Positions 54,288-64,000 of a stretch of 64,000 nt of DNA are shown one piece after another (positions within the stretch are counted from its first letter, which is position 1; each line of letters begins with the position of its first letter). This stretch comes from an uncultured Saprospiraceae bacterium. Lineage in GTDB: Bacteria > Bacteroidota > Bacteroidia > Chitinophagales > Saprospiraceae. Below the pieces are notes generated by a model. The model saw nothing but the letters and a program-made list of their open reading frames with translations. It made no database searches and was not told where the DNA came from. Location: NCBI GenBank assembly GCA_937981555.1, contig CALJOK010000024.1, positions 3,936 through 67,935 on the forward strand, given 5' to 3'. The position numbers and the translations under genes are program-made.

Positions 54288-56357
54288 TTAATAGTTCAAT
54301 AATTCTTCTATTATTATTTTTACTTTTTCTGCCGATGGCAAGTAAGCTTTTTCCAATTCACTATTCAAAGGAATTGCTGGTGTATTTTCAGCGCCCAAAG
54401 TCATCACCGGTGCATCTAAATACCTAAAACATTCTTGCTGAATTCGTCCCGCCAAACTTTGAGCAAAGGAACAATTGACAGCCTCTTCGGTCAAAACTAA
54501 ACACTTATTATTTTTTTGAACAGATTCGAAAATTGCATTTTCATCCAAAGGTGCAATCGTTCGTAAATCAACGATTTCAATTTTCCCATCAAAATCCTTG
54601 GCAGCATTTAATGCCCAATGCACGCCCATTCCATAAGTGATGATAGTCAACGAGTCTCCATTTTCAACATTAGTTTCCGAAGGTTCTAAAACGATTTTTG
54701 CTTTTCCAAATGGCAAAATATAATCTTCCGCAGGTTCAATAGATCGAGCAGCATTTGTACCTGGAACTTTGGACCAATACAAACCTTTATGTTCAAAAAT
54801 TACTACAGGATTTGGATCATGATAAGCTGCTTTCATCAAACCTTTAAGGTCAGCACCATTACTTGGGTAAGCGATTTTTACTCCTCGAATATTGGCAATA
54901 ATTGACTCAACACTCGATGAATGATAAGGACCACCACTTCCATAAGCTCCAATTGGAACTCTCAAAATCATGCTAATTGGATATTTTCCATTGGTCAAAT
55001 AACAAGATCGACTCACTTCAGTAAATAACTGATTGATGCCTGGAAAAATATAATCCGCAAACTGAACTTCTACAATTGGTTTCAATCCAACTGCCGACAT
55101 TCCCACCGTCGAACCAACAATAAATGCTTCTTGAATTGGGGTATTAAAAACTCTTTCATCTCCAAATTTTTGCGCCAAAGTTGCTGCCTCTCGAAATACA
55201 CCACCCAATCTTGCTCCCACATCTTGACCGTACAAAAGACATTCTTTATCTGCTCGCATCAGTTCTTCCACGGCATGCAATGCACAATCTACCATCACTA
55301 CCTCAGTTCCATTTTCAGGGGTACGAGTTCCAGTTTCTTCTGTAATTGGAGTTGGAGCAAAATCGTGATCATGAAGAGAGGAAGGATCAGGATCTTCTGC
55401 TTGGAGCGCAATTTCAAAATCTGCTTTCACAGTTTTCAAAGCATCCGCTTCAATTTTTTCTATTTGTTTTTTGGAAAAACCATTTTCCAAAAGTTGATTT
55501 ATAAAAACAGGGTAGGGGTCTCTTAATTTTGCTTCTTCCAAATCATCTCGATACCATTCCATTCGAACACCTGAAGTATGATGGTTGAGCAAAGGAACTT
55601 TAGCGTGAACCAAAAATGGACGTCGTTCTTTTCGAATCGTTTCAATCACTCGATTCAAAGTAGCATAACATTCTAAAAAATCACTTCCATCAATTGTCAC
55701 CGCTTCCAAACCTTTAAAGCCTGCTGCATATTCAAAAGCATCTTGCGCTCGAATTTCATCTGCACTTGCTGAAATATCCCACTCATTATCTTGCACCAAA
55801 TATAAAATTGGATATTGCTTTAAAGCTGCCATTTGGAAAGCTTCAGCAATTTCACCTTCCGTCACACTTGCATCACCAAGTGAGCAAACGACGATCGGTT
55901 TTTTAGCGTTTTTTTCATTAATTTTTAAAGCTTCTCGATATTGAATTCCCATGCCAACACCTGTAGCAGGAATTGCTTGCATTCCAGTTGCTGAAGATTG
56001 ATGAGGAATTTTTGGTTTATCATCATCCTTCAAACTTGGGTGAGAATAATAACTTCGACCACCTGAAAATGGATCATCCTTTTTCGCCAACAATTGCAAC
56101 ATCAAATCATACGGACGCATTCCAATCGACAATAACATCGCATCATCTCGATAATATGGAAAAGCAAAATCTTGGGGTAGAAGCTGTAATCCACAAGCAA
56201 TCTGAATCGCTTCATGACCACGAGAAGTAGCATGAACATATTTGGAAACTAACTTAAAATTATCTTCATACAACTCTGTCATATGTTTTGCCATGCACAT
56301 TTTTTCAAATGCTTTGGCCAATACTTTCTTCTGAATTTTTTGCTTAGATTTCACCAT
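54288..56357 (-). CDS. Fused alpha/beta E1 component of a 2-oxoacid (branched-chain type) dehydrogenase, TPP-dependent
   Basis: 689 aa. The N-terminal half carries the TPP-binding pattern SLGDASVTEGE...LVQDNEWDIS. The C-terminal half is transketolase-like E1-beta (NTPIQEAFIVGSTVGMS). Confidence 0.9.
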   Translation of the reverse strand: MVKSKQKIQKKVLAKAFEKMCMAKHMTELYEDNFKLVSKYVHATSRGHEAIQIACGLQLLPQDFAFPYYRDDAMLLSIGMRPYDLMLQLLAKKDDPFSGGRSYYSHPSLKDDDKPKIPHQSSATGMQAIPATGVGMGIQYREALKINEKNAKKPIVVCSLGDASVTEGEIAEAFQMAALKQYPILYLVQDNEWDISASADEIRAQDAFEYAAGFKGLEAVTIDGSDFLECYATLNRVIETIRKERRPFLVHAKVPLLNHHTSGVRMEWYRDDLEEAKLRDPYPVFINQLLENGFSKKQIEKIEADALKTVKADFEIALQAEDPDPSSLHDHDFAPTPITEETGTRTPENGTEVVMVDCALHAVEELMRADKECLLYGQDVGARLGGVFREAATLAQKFGDERVFNTPIQEAFIVGSTVGMSAVGLKPIVEVQFADYIFPGINQLFTEVSRSCYLTNGKYPISMILRVPIGAYGSGGPYHSSSVESIIANIRGVKIAYPSNGADLKGLMKAAYHDPNPVVIFEHKGLYWSKVPGTNAARSIEPAEDYILPFGKAKIVLEPSETNVENGDSLTIITYGMGVHWALNAAKDFDGKIEIVDLRTIAPLDENAIFESVQKNNKCLVLTEEAVNCSFAQSLAGRIQQECFRYLDAPVMTLGAENTPAIPLNSELEKAYLPSAEKVKIIIEELLNY

Positions 56358-56556
56358 ATTATTTAAGTTCGTTTGTACTACAAAACTAACGAATTTTGGT
56401 GAGTTGTTTTTATTTTGAAAATAAATAAGGATATTGTTATTGAATTGAACTTATTTAGCAATAAGTGTTATTTTAAGTGCGAGTAAAAAATATAGAAAAA
56501 TGATTTTGTTTTTATCAATAGAATAAAATCTAAAAAAATTATAAAACATCCAAGAA

Positions 56557-57033
56557 ATGGTAAAACTCGATGAACTTGATATTAAAATTTTATCCTTCCT
56601 TCAAGAAGATTCTCGCATGACGATTCGAGACATGGCGAAGGAATTAAATATTTCCACAACACCTATTTTTAATCGAATCAAAAGATTGGAAAAAGAAAAA
56701 GTTATTGATCGATATGTTGCCATTATCAATGCTGACCAAGTGGGAAAGATGCTCTTCGCATTCGTTTTTCTTAACTTAAAAGATCATTCAAAAAAGGCCA
56801 TTGAGAAAATGGAAAAACAAGTGACGAGTTTTCCTGAAGTGTTGGAATGTCATTATGTGACGGGAGGGGCAGATTTTTTTCTTAAGGTAATTGTCAAAGA
56901 TATAAAGGAGTATAATTCGTTCGTTTCCGAAAAATTATTTTCAGTTCCAAATATTGGAAAAATTGAATCTTTGCTGTCTTTGTCTATGGCGAAAAGCACG
57001 AATGTTATTCCTTTGGGTGAGGAGAACAAGTAA
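56557..57033 (+). CDS. Lrp/AsnC family transcriptional regulator
   Basis: 158 aa with an N-terminal HTH (LDIKILSFLQEDSRMTIRDMAKELNISTTPIFNRIKRLE) and a C-terminal RAM-like domain. It is divergent from the E1 gene. Confidence 0.9.
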   Translation: MVKLDELDIKILSFLQEDSRMTIRDMAKELNISTTPIFNRIKRLEKEKVIDRYVAIINADQVGKMLFAFVFLNLKDHSKKAIEKMEKQVTSFPEVLECHYVTGGADFFLKVIVKDIKEYNSFVSEKLFSVPNIGKIESLLSLSMAKSTNVIPLGEENK

Positions 57034-57036
57034 AAA

Positions 57037-57672
57037 TTAGAAGTAATCCGGAATATTTAAACCTAAAAAAATATCCCTTTTGATTAGCTGAATATTATCT
57101 TGTAATTGTATTGTTACAATTCCAGAACCTCCTCGGTTTTCCAAAAGTTGTATTTTATCTTTTGTCAAAAGAGGGTCGTATGTAAAAACAAAATTATCAA
57201 TATAATATTCATTTTTATTGGGTTCTTTGATGGTGATATGAATATGTTCTGACTCTTGACTATTTGGATATGCCCCTGGCCGGAATGTGTAAAAAGTGTA
57301 TTTCCCATCCTCACTTGTTTTTATCCAACCTCGGATATGACCATGTCTTTTGGCCCAGCCTTTTTCATTTCCTTTGGTTTCATAAATTCCTTTTTGGTTG
57401 GTTTGATAAATATAAATGATGACATTAGGTGCAGGAGTCTTTCCGTCATTTTGGAAAACAGTTCCAGTAATTTTCAATTGAGGTTGATTGTTTTCAAATT
57501 CGGGCAAAGTATCAACGGAGGTCAACTTTTTATTTCCATATTCAAAGATCGCTTCGCAGCCCTCGCAAGGACCACCAACAATTTTTTCAGATTTTGGAGT
57601 ATCAGATTTAGGTTGAGTTTGACAAGCACTCAAAGTGAAAGCAAAAATGGAAATAAAAATTAGTCGAATCAT
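57037..57672 (-). CDS. Intradiol ring-cleavage dioxygenase-like secreted lipoprotein
   Basis: 211 aa with a lipobox-like LSAC and TGTVFQNDGKTPAPNVIIYIYQTN...HIRGW...RPGAYP...EHIHI patterns. Confidence 0.7.
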   Translation of the reverse strand: MIRLIFISIFAFTLSACQTQPKSDTPKSEKIVGGPCEGCEAIFEYGNKKLTSVDTLPEFENNQPQLKITGTVFQNDGKTPAPNVIIYIYQTNQKGIYETKGNEKGWAKRHGHIRGWIKTSEDGKYTFYTFRPGAYPNSQESEHIHITIKEPNKNEYYIDNFVFTYDPLLTKDKIQLLENRGGSGIVTIQLQDNIQLIKRDIFLGLNIPDYF

Positions 57673-57825
57673 TTTGAATATTTTTTATGATGCAATTTCT
57701 TTGTGACTCAAAAAGTAATCATTTTTTCAAAAAATAAGAAATTGCCTTACCAACAAAAATGCTCCTCAAAGCATGGAGACTTTGAAGAGCAAATTAATTC
57801 GGTTTTGGAAATATTCGGTTTCAGA

Positions 57826-58233
57826 TTACTTAACCGTGATTGTATATTTTGGAGTCGGATTCATAGGGCAAAAATATACGTATTCTCCCTTCGGTAAATT
57901 CACCACTTTTGAAGTAGATTTTTCACCATCCTTAATTGTTTTTTGAACATAAGCAGTTTTGATATGCGCATCTGGATTTGACTTAGGTGCGATTACAAAT
58001 CCCACTTCATGATCTACGCCATTATTTGAAACTTCAAAAACATAATCACCTTGAGCAAGCGTCAAACCTTGGATATTAAAATCACCTTTGATTTGTTCTA
58101 ATTTAATAGTTTGAGCAGTTGAGGCATGATCAGTCATTCCTTTTTTTGCCATGTTATCTTGTGCGAAAGTTGAACCTGCGATAAACATCATCGCTACCAT
58201 AATCATAATCATAAACGTTACTTTATTTTTCAT
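57826..58233 (-). CDS. Cupredoxin-like secreted protein (putative)
   Basis: 135 aa with a signal peptide. HEVGF and YFCPMNP could be copper ligands, but the second His ligand is not evident. Confidence 0.5.
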   Translation of the reverse strand: MKNKVTFMIMIMVAMMFIAGSTFAQDNMAKKGMTDHASTAQTIKLEQIKGDFNIQGLTLAQGDYVFEVSNNGVDHEVGFVIAPKSNPDAHIKTAYVQKTIKDGEKSTSKVVNLPKGEYVYFCPMNPTPKYTITVK

Positions 58234-58298
58234 TTTTTTATTATTTAAAATGTGAATTGAAATTTTTATTATTAAAAAAAAGAGGTGTTTGGATTTAT

Positions 58299-58847
58299 TT
58301 AAACTGTTGCTTCTGCTAATTCAGGAGCAAGTGGAAAATCAATAGCGAATCCAGTTAAATTATGGATATAATTACTGATCACTTTATCTCCTACGATGAT
58401 AACCACATCAATCATATTAGCTTCCGTATAACCTGCTGCAAAGAAATTATCTTTGGTAGTTTGAGAAGCGTTGCCTTTATTTTCTACAACTGATTTTGTG
58501 AATTTTGTCAAGGCATCCAATTTTGCATCAAAGGCAGCAGAACCACCTCGAATTTCTAGAATTTGCTCTTCTGAAAAACCATTCATTTTACCTAAAGCGG
58601 TGTGAGCTGATTGACAATATCTGCATCCATTGATTTGGCTAGTGACCAAATTAATGATTTCTCTTTCTTTTGCTTTAAGGGTACTTTTTCGATTTTGCAA
58701 AGCCAAATAATCTGCAAGGGCAGTATCATTTTTTGCGTAGTAAGCATACAAGTTAGGTACGAAACCTAAAGCTCCTTTTAAGTTATCAAAGATCGCTTGG
58801 TTGTTTTCTGAAACTTCCTCTCTTGTTGGGACATTAAAATTTTGCAT
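58299..58847 (-). CDS. Carboxymuconolactone decarboxylase / AhpD-like family protein
   Basis: CxxC-H motif GCRYCQSAH. The start is moved to the Met at 58847 (MQNFNVPTREE...) because the upstream 47 codons of the ORF look non-coding. Confidence 0.8.
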   Translation of the reverse strand: MQNFNVPTREEVSENNQAIFDNLKGALGFVPNLYAYYAKNDTALADYLALQNRKSTLKAKEREIINLVTSQINGCRYCQSAHTALGKMNGFSEEQILEIRGGSAAFDAKLDALTKFTKSVVENKGNASQTTKDNFFAAGYTEANMIDVVIIVGDKVISNYIHNLTGFAIDFPLAPELAEATV

Positions 58848-59330
58848 TGTTCTAAATTTTATGATTAAATAATTTTTATTCATTTGACAATACAAAGATG
58901 GGGGAGGATGGAGGATGTTTTGTAGGTCGGTTTTCCCTAGGAGTTGGCAATTTTTCCCGTAGCTGGATTTTCCTAAGTCTAGTTGCAAGTTAGTGACTCA
59001 TACTACTGTAAGATGATTCAGATAATTTAGTTTTACTTTTTGAAATTAGTGAATGAATGGAGCATTGTTCTTTTTTTCATTGAAAAAAAAAGAACCAAAA
59101 AATTCTAGGCGAAAAAATAGCTAAACTTATTGCAAGCTCCCGCACCCTCATTTTTCGCCGTTCCACGCCCGCTCCTTATTCCTCATGGTTTTCCTTTCAA
59201 TTTTAGATTTTTTCAAAAAGGGCAAAACATAATCTTTTAAGTACAAATAAATTGAGGTGGGTAACTTCAATCAGTAACAGAGTTTTATTAAAATCAATTG
59301 TAATACTGGAATTGGGAAAGCCCAGCTAGG

Positions 59331-60149
59331 TTATGCTTCTTTAAATTTGGAAGGAGATTGTCCTTCTTGGTTTTTGAAAAACCGACTAAAAGCTTGAACA
59401 TCTTCATAGCCGAGTTCATAAGCGACCTCCTGAATTTGTAGATCTGAATATTTTAAAAGTCTCCTAGCTTCCAACATTTTTCGTTCTTGAATAAATTTGA
59501 GTGGTGTCTTTTTTCCAATTTTAGAAAAAATATTGGAGAGTGTTTTAGGAGACTTGTGGAGCAGGTCAGCATATTCTGTCACGGTGTGTTTAGTTTTAAA
59601 ATGTTGTTCTACTAAAAAATTAAACTCTCGAATAATATCAGATTCAAATAATTTGACATCATTTTGCTTTTGAGATTTAAAGAGTCGAGTGCAAAGAATC
59701 AAATATCGCTTGAGCATCATTTGCAACATTTCAATTTGCAAATTATCGTTACTATCCATTTCGATGGCAAACATTTTCCAAACGGTTTCAAATTTTTCTA
59801 CCTCTTCAGCAGGAATAGTAATAATAGGTAATTGCGATGCACCAAAAAATAAAATCCCTTTACAACCCACTTCATTGTCATGATCGAGGATGCAATAAAA
59901 AGGTTTATTAAATCTGAGCAACCGAACATCTTCCACCCGCCCAACTTTCACTTTGTGAAATTCTGTCAAAAAGACAATTTGATTTTTCTCAAAATCAAAT
60001 CTTTTACCATCAATAAATAAGTGATTATTTTCTTTTTCAAACCATAATATGGTTAATCCATTTTCAATAGTTTCTTTTAAAACATGGCAATTGTGTTGAT
60101 CGACTGTGACGAGGTGTAAATATTCGTTGGTGCTTCCGATAAATTTCAT
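59331..60149 (-). CDS. AraC family transcriptional regulator
   Basis: 272 aa with a C-terminal double HTH (TVTEYADLLHKSPKTLSNIF...IQEVAYELGYEDVQAFSRFFK). Confidence 0.85.
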   Translation of the reverse strand: MKFIGSTNEYLHLVTVDQHNCHVLKETIENGLTILWFEKENNHLFIDGKRFDFEKNQIVFLTEFHKVKVGRVEDVRLLRFNKPFYCILDHDNEVGCKGILFFGASQLPIITIPAEEVEKFETVWKMFAIEMDSNDNLQIEMLQMMLKRYLILCTRLFKSQKQNDVKLFESDIIREFNFLVEQHFKTKHTVTEYADLLHKSPKTLSNIFSKIGKKTPLKFIQERKMLEARRLLKYSDLQIQEVAYELGYEDVQAFSRFFKNQEGQSPSKFKEA

Positions 60150-60310
60150 GAATGATATTTTTTGTAAAAAAACACTTTTTTAAGGAAGTTGTTTCTAAAT
60201 GTTAAAAAAGAAATTGTCCGAAAGGATACCTTAATTAGTGCTTGCTTAAAACGAAAGTTAGTATTTTTAGTTTTCTAAGATTCAATATTTTTTTATTTAA
60301 AATAATAACG

Positions 60311-61414
60311 ATGTTTAAAAATTACTTAATCATAATAGGTGTTCTTTTTGCAAATTTGACTTTTGCTCAAAACGAAACCGATACTCTAAGTATGGACTGG
60401 GAAGCCTATGATCCACCATCCACTTTGGTCGTTCCTGAGACCATAATTACTCGTGCAAAATTTCCATTTATTGATGTGCATAGTCACCAATGGCGAATGG
60501 ATGAAATGGATTTGAATGATTTGATTGAACCAATGGATAAGATGAATATGGGGATCATGAATAATCTGAGTGGTCGAAATGGCGAGAAGTTGAAGAAGAT
60601 GACGGACAATATTAAAAAGCAATTTCCCAATCGATTTATTGTTTTTGCCAATATCGAATTACGAAGTATTAACGAAGCTGATTGGGCGGAGGAAACGGTC
60701 AAACAATTAGAATATGATTTTAAGAATGGCGCAAAAGGTTTGAAAATATATAAAAGCCAAGGGATGACAAATGAAGATTCGGAGGGAAATCGGATTAGAA
60801 TTGACGACCCTAGAATTGACCCTGTTTGGGCAAAATGTGGAGAACTGGGAATTCCAGTTTTGATTCATTCGGCTGATCCGAAATCATTTTGGGAACCTCA
60901 TGATAATCAAAATGAAAGATGGCTGGAATTAAAAACTCATCCTCGACGAAAACGAACTGCGACGAATCCAGCATCTTGGGAACAAATCATTTCTGAGCAA
61001 CATAATATTTTTAAGAAGCATCCAAAGACGAATTTCATTGCAGCACATTTTGGTTGGTATCCAAATGACTTGACTAAACTAGGTCAACTGCTTGATGAAA
61101 TGCCGAACATGTATGTCGAAATCGGAGCCATCATTTCAGAGCTCGGAAGACAACCTCGGGCAGCGAATCGGTTTTTTGAAAAATACCAAGATCGAGTTTT
61201 GTTTGGCAAAGATTCTTGGAAGCCGAAAGAGTATCCCACTTATTTTAGAGTGTTGGAAAGTGATGATGAATATTTTCCATACTATAAAAGGTATCATGCA
61301 TTTTGGAAGATGTATGGGTTGGCATTGCCAGATCATATTTTGAAAAAGTTGTATTATAAAAATGCGTTGAATATTATTCCGGGGTTGGATAAGAGTTTGT
61401 TTCCGGAGGATTAG
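60311..61414 (+). CDS. Secreted amidohydrolase-superfamily (TIM-barrel metal hydrolase) protein
   Basis: The ATG at 60311 gives signal peptide MFKNYLIIIGVLFANLTFAQ. Metal-ligand-like motifs are IDVHSHQW, LIHSAD and AAHFG. The ORF-track TTG start at 60242 is less likely. Confidence 0.8.
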   Translation: MFKNYLIIIGVLFANLTFAQNETDTLSMDWEAYDPPSTLVVPETIITRAKFPFIDVHSHQWRMDEMDLNDLIEPMDKMNMGIMNNLSGRNGEKLKKMTDNIKKQFPNRFIVFANIELRSINEADWAEETVKQLEYDFKNGAKGLKIYKSQGMTNEDSEGNRIRIDDPRIDPVWAKCGELGIPVLIHSADPKSFWEPHDNQNERWLELKTHPRRKRTATNPASWEQIISEQHNIFKKHPKTNFIAAHFGWYPNDLTKLGQLLDEMPNMYVEIGAIISELGRQPRAANRFFEKYQDRVLFGKDSWKPKEYPTYFRVLESDDEYFPYYKRYHAFWKMYGLALPDHILKKLYYKNALNIIPGLDKSLFPED

Positions 61415-61485
61415 GAAAATGAAAAGAAGCCATTTGATGCAAGGAGTATATTAGACATGATTCTAATAAAAGCAATAAAGTTTGT

Positions 61486-61539
61486 AAAAAAAATTGACTA
61501 TAACGTAGCCGAAGTGGTTGCGTTATAGTCAATTTTTTT
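61486..61539. terminator. Bidirectional terminator between convergent genes
   Basis: AAAAAAAATTGACTATAACG (61486-61505) pairs with CGTTATAGTCAATTTTTTT (61521-61539) around a 15-nt loop. Confidence 0.75.
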
Positions 61540-61576
61540 AAAGGCATCGGATTCGATGCGGTTAAATATAGCTATG

Positions 61577-63025
61577 TTATTGGACCATAGAATTTAGATT
61601 TTTTAATAACCAATTACGTTCAATAATCGGGGATACAATTTCTATTCGTTGCATTAATAGTTGATGTTTTTTACTCCAAGTATTTTTATCCGAATAATTT
61701 TTTTCTTCTCGTAGTCTAGTAACTTTTTTTAGTTGAATCAAAAAATTGTTAATACTCGTTCGATATTGCGCTGCTACTTTTTTATTCCGTTTTAGATTAA
61801 GTTTGAAGGCATCAATAAAATAGTATAAGGAATTCGTCTCAGCGATAATAAAATAGATTTTTGCTAAAATAATTTTCCCACTAATTTCATAATAAACATC
61901 GGTGTATTGAACGGTACTCAATAATTGGATCGCGGCATCATAATCTTGTGTCCCAAAATAAAAGGAAGCTAAATTATAGTTGAAGACATTTTCACGCATG
62001 CTTGGAGAGAGTGCTTCTTTGTATTTGAAAATAAAATCCTTGACCCAGTTGGCTTCTTTTATTCTTAGACCAACTGTTACAATATTTTTGTAATCATCGG
62101 CAGAAATAATTCCGTTGGGCAGATTAATTTCGCTTGCTAACTGTGTTTGAAATAACTCAAATAATTTTCTAAAATAGTCAGATTTCCCTTGATTGATTTT
62201 TCGGATACAAAAATTTTGAGCGTAACGATACATGGCAACAGCTTCTTCTTGAGGAAAATCATTTTGGTATTTTTCTAAAAGGGAAGTGAGGGTTTCAAAA
62301 TGAGTTTCGTTTTTTTCGTCTTGGAGCGTTTTGAAGATTTGCAAATAAATTTGAACCATTGGAATTTTACTCAAAGGATTTTTTTTCTTAAAAAATTCCA
62401 TAATTTCATTCACAAGATTCCAATCGTAATTTCCTTCCACAATTTTTTTTCGATTAAGCATTTCACAGCTTCCTTTCAATTTTTCAATTAGATAAAAAGC
62501 ATCGAGGTTATTTATTTTTTCTTGTAAGGCAGCATCAAATTGACGTTTTTGTTTTTTTGAAAAATAACTATCCGCCGTTTTTTGCATTTGAAATTGTAAG
62601 TAAAAATGATTGGCATCTGGTCGATTCCGATTTTTAAAATCTTTCAAAAGTGATTGTTCTTGAATTTGATATAACGAATCTAGCTCTCGTTTTTCCAAAG
62701 ATTGAAATAAGGAGAGTTCTTTTTCTAATTCTAAATTTTGCCAATGAACTTGTGCAAGGTATCCTTTTAAGAGTTGAAATAAAATAGAAAATTGTTTCCT
62801 CAAATAATTTTCATGATAAGATCTGGAAGGGTATACTTTTTTAAAAATCTCTTTTTTTTCTAAAGCAGAATTTTCATTTAAAAGTATTTTTTTGAGAAGG
62901 TAAGATAGTAGAGGATAGACCTTTTTATTGGTATTAAAAAAAGGTGAATGCACATATGCCTCCCAATTTTGTAATTCTTTTTGAGAAAATGACCTCAAAA
63001 CCTTAATGAGTTTAGAATTATTCAT
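61577..63025 (-). CDS. Hypothetical all-helical (TPR-like?) protein
   Basis: 482-aa uninterrupted ORF, lysine/leucine-rich; no motif recognised. Confidence 0.65.
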   Translation of the reverse strand: MNNSKLIKVLRSFSQKELQNWEAYVHSPFFNTNKKVYPLLSYLLKKILLNENSALEKKEIFKKVYPSRSYHENYLRKQFSILFQLLKGYLAQVHWQNLELEKELSLFQSLEKRELDSLYQIQEQSLLKDFKNRNRPDANHFYLQFQMQKTADSYFSKKQKRQFDAALQEKINNLDAFYLIEKLKGSCEMLNRKKIVEGNYDWNLVNEIMEFFKKKNPLSKIPMVQIYLQIFKTLQDEKNETHFETLTSLLEKYQNDFPQEEAVAMYRYAQNFCIRKINQGKSDYFRKLFELFQTQLASEINLPNGIISADDYKNIVTVGLRIKEANWVKDFIFKYKEALSPSMRENVFNYNLASFYFGTQDYDAAIQLLSTVQYTDVYYEISGKIILAKIYFIIAETNSLYYFIDAFKLNLKRNKKVAAQYRTSINNFLIQLKKVTRLREEKNYSDKNTWSKKHQLLMQRIEIVSPIIERNWLLKNLNSMVQ

Positions 63026-63059
63026 GGAATAAAAGTATAAAAATAAATTTTTATTATGC

Positions 63060-63069
63060 TGATAATCAA
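63060..63069. promoter_or_regulatory. Near-perfect copy (TGATAATCAA) of the TTGATAATCAA palindrome
   Basis: 10 of 11 positions match; lies 35 bp upstream of the minus-strand start at 63025. Confidence 0.4.
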
Positions 63070-63293
63070 TGATTTAAAGAATTAATAATTTGAAATAGAC
63101 TTCATAAAAGTAATAAAATGTAGTTTGATTTTGGTTTGACTTAATTTACTTTTACATCATCGAAAGAATTTACTTTCTTTTCTCATCACTCATTTAAAAA
63201 TAAAAGCTGTAAAAACTAAAACTATTTTCTCAATCAACTATTTGTAAACCTTATCGAAATTTAGAGGTTTCGAAAAATAAAACTAGTTAAACA

Positions 63294-64000
63294 ATGAAAA
63301 GATTATTTTACTTTTTAATGATTAGTCTCGCCACTACGTTTTCTCTTTCAGCACAAACTGAAGTTAGTGGTGGAATCTTTACACCGACCACTTGGAGTGT
63401 GGCCGGAAGTCCATTTATTGTAACGAGTGATGTGGTAATTTTTCCAGATGCTAGTTTAACTATTGAGCCAGGAGTTGAAGTTCGATTCGAACCAGAGACT
63501 CGGATCGAATTGCGAGAAGGAGATTTTTATGCTAATGGCCAAGAAGGAGATACAATAAAATTTACAATAAATTCAGACACTCCAAGTACTGCTGGAACTT
63601 GGAATGGAATAGAAAATACGACCACATCTGGATGGCAGATTGAAGTCGAATTGGATTATGTGATTTTTGAATATTCAAAAACAGCCGTTAATTATGGTAA
63701 AGGAATAGGTTATCGATATATTTCAAATGCCATTTTTAACAATAATGAAAGAGGTGTTTATGATGGGGCTTTAGGGTATAATTGGGTGACGATTTCTGAT
63801 TCAGAATTTCTGAATAACGAGTACGGTATGGAAGGTAGAATGTCAGCCATCAATTGTTATTTTGAAGGAAATACGTATGGTTTTGCTAATCCACATACCT
63901 TCTCAAATTTTACGGAAGGAGGACGAGTGACCAATTGTACTTTTCAGAATAATGATAAGTGCATCGCTAGTGCAGGTCAAATCATCACCGTAGCGATTAT
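63294..64000 (+). CDS. 5-prime part of a secreted right-handed beta-helix repeat protein (runs off the window)
   Basis: The ATG at 63294 opens frame 3, which I read as free of stops to base 64000. Signal peptide is MKRLFYFLMISLATTFSLSAQ. Repeated N-rich segments (NNNERGV, FLNNEYGM, CTFQNND) are typical of parallel beta-helix repeats. It is absent from the ORF track because it has no stop in the window. Confidence 0.75.
   Translation, partial: MKRLFYFLMISLATTFSLSAQTEVSGGIFTPTTWSVAGSPFIVTSDVVIFPDASLTIEPGVEVRFEPETRIELREGDFYANGQEGDTIKFTINSDTPSTAGTWNGIENTTTSGWQIEVELDYVIFEYSKTAVNYGKGIGYRYISNAIFNNNERGVYDGALGYNWVTISDSEFLNNEYGMEGRMSAINCYFEGNTYGFANPHTFSNFTEGGRVTNCTFQNNDKCIASAGQIITVAI

Noticed and set aside
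57101-57117. A 17-mer motif copy inside the dioxygenase-like CDS as evidence that the CDS is mis-called
   Set aside because: The ORF continues in frame with family-like sequence through and beyond the motif to a stop at 57037. The motif copy is noted but the gene call is retained.

Overview
AT-rich, Bacteroidota-type sequence, judged from T9SS C-terminal sorting domains, SprB-type repeats and TAnnTTTG-like -7 boxes. I call about 55 credible CDS and saw no rRNA, tRNA, CRISPR, transposase or integrase. 0.4-13.9 kb holds a DUF2779-type nuclease, a long acyl-CoA dehydrogenase, a 2388-aa secreted metalloprotease/adhesin with a 3.5-kb near-identical tandem repeat array, and a decayed pseudogene. 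14.1-25.5 kb is a co-directional nine-gene lipid/beta-keto-acid catabolic cluster: AMP-ligase, hydrolase, two SDRs, a BKACE enzyme, a fatty-acid hydroxylase fused to CDGSH, an ADP-ribosylglycohydrolase and a tandem-fused double acyl-CoA dehydrogenase. 25.5-43.7 kb is a mix of SDRs, hydrolases, VOC proteins, ybaK, T9SS cargo and an ECF sigma pair. The most interesting region is 43.7-53.5 kb, a plasmid-type replication/partition module. It has a small ParA plus an RHH protein inside a 3.4-kb field of TGCTGTA/TACAGCA inverted-repeat boxes, then about 15 AAAGGGGACA-type iterons in front of a Rep_3-like initiator. Two coupled gene pairs follow: KilA-N with UPF0158, and an RNA ligase with HD-Pnk (RNA end-healing and sealing). 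About 4 kb of this region has no credible ORF. 53.5-64 kb holds a fused 2-oxoacid dehydrogenase E1 with a divergent Lrp regulator, an AraC/AhpD-like/cupredoxin-like/dioxygenase-like gene string, an amidohydrolase and a partial beta-helix protein. Recurrent short intergenic motifs (the 11-bp palindrome TTGATAATCAA and the 17-mer TGTAAATGTATTGTTAT) and several long nested palindromes are not explained by the gene calls. All product calls rest on motifs read from the translations; no database search was run.
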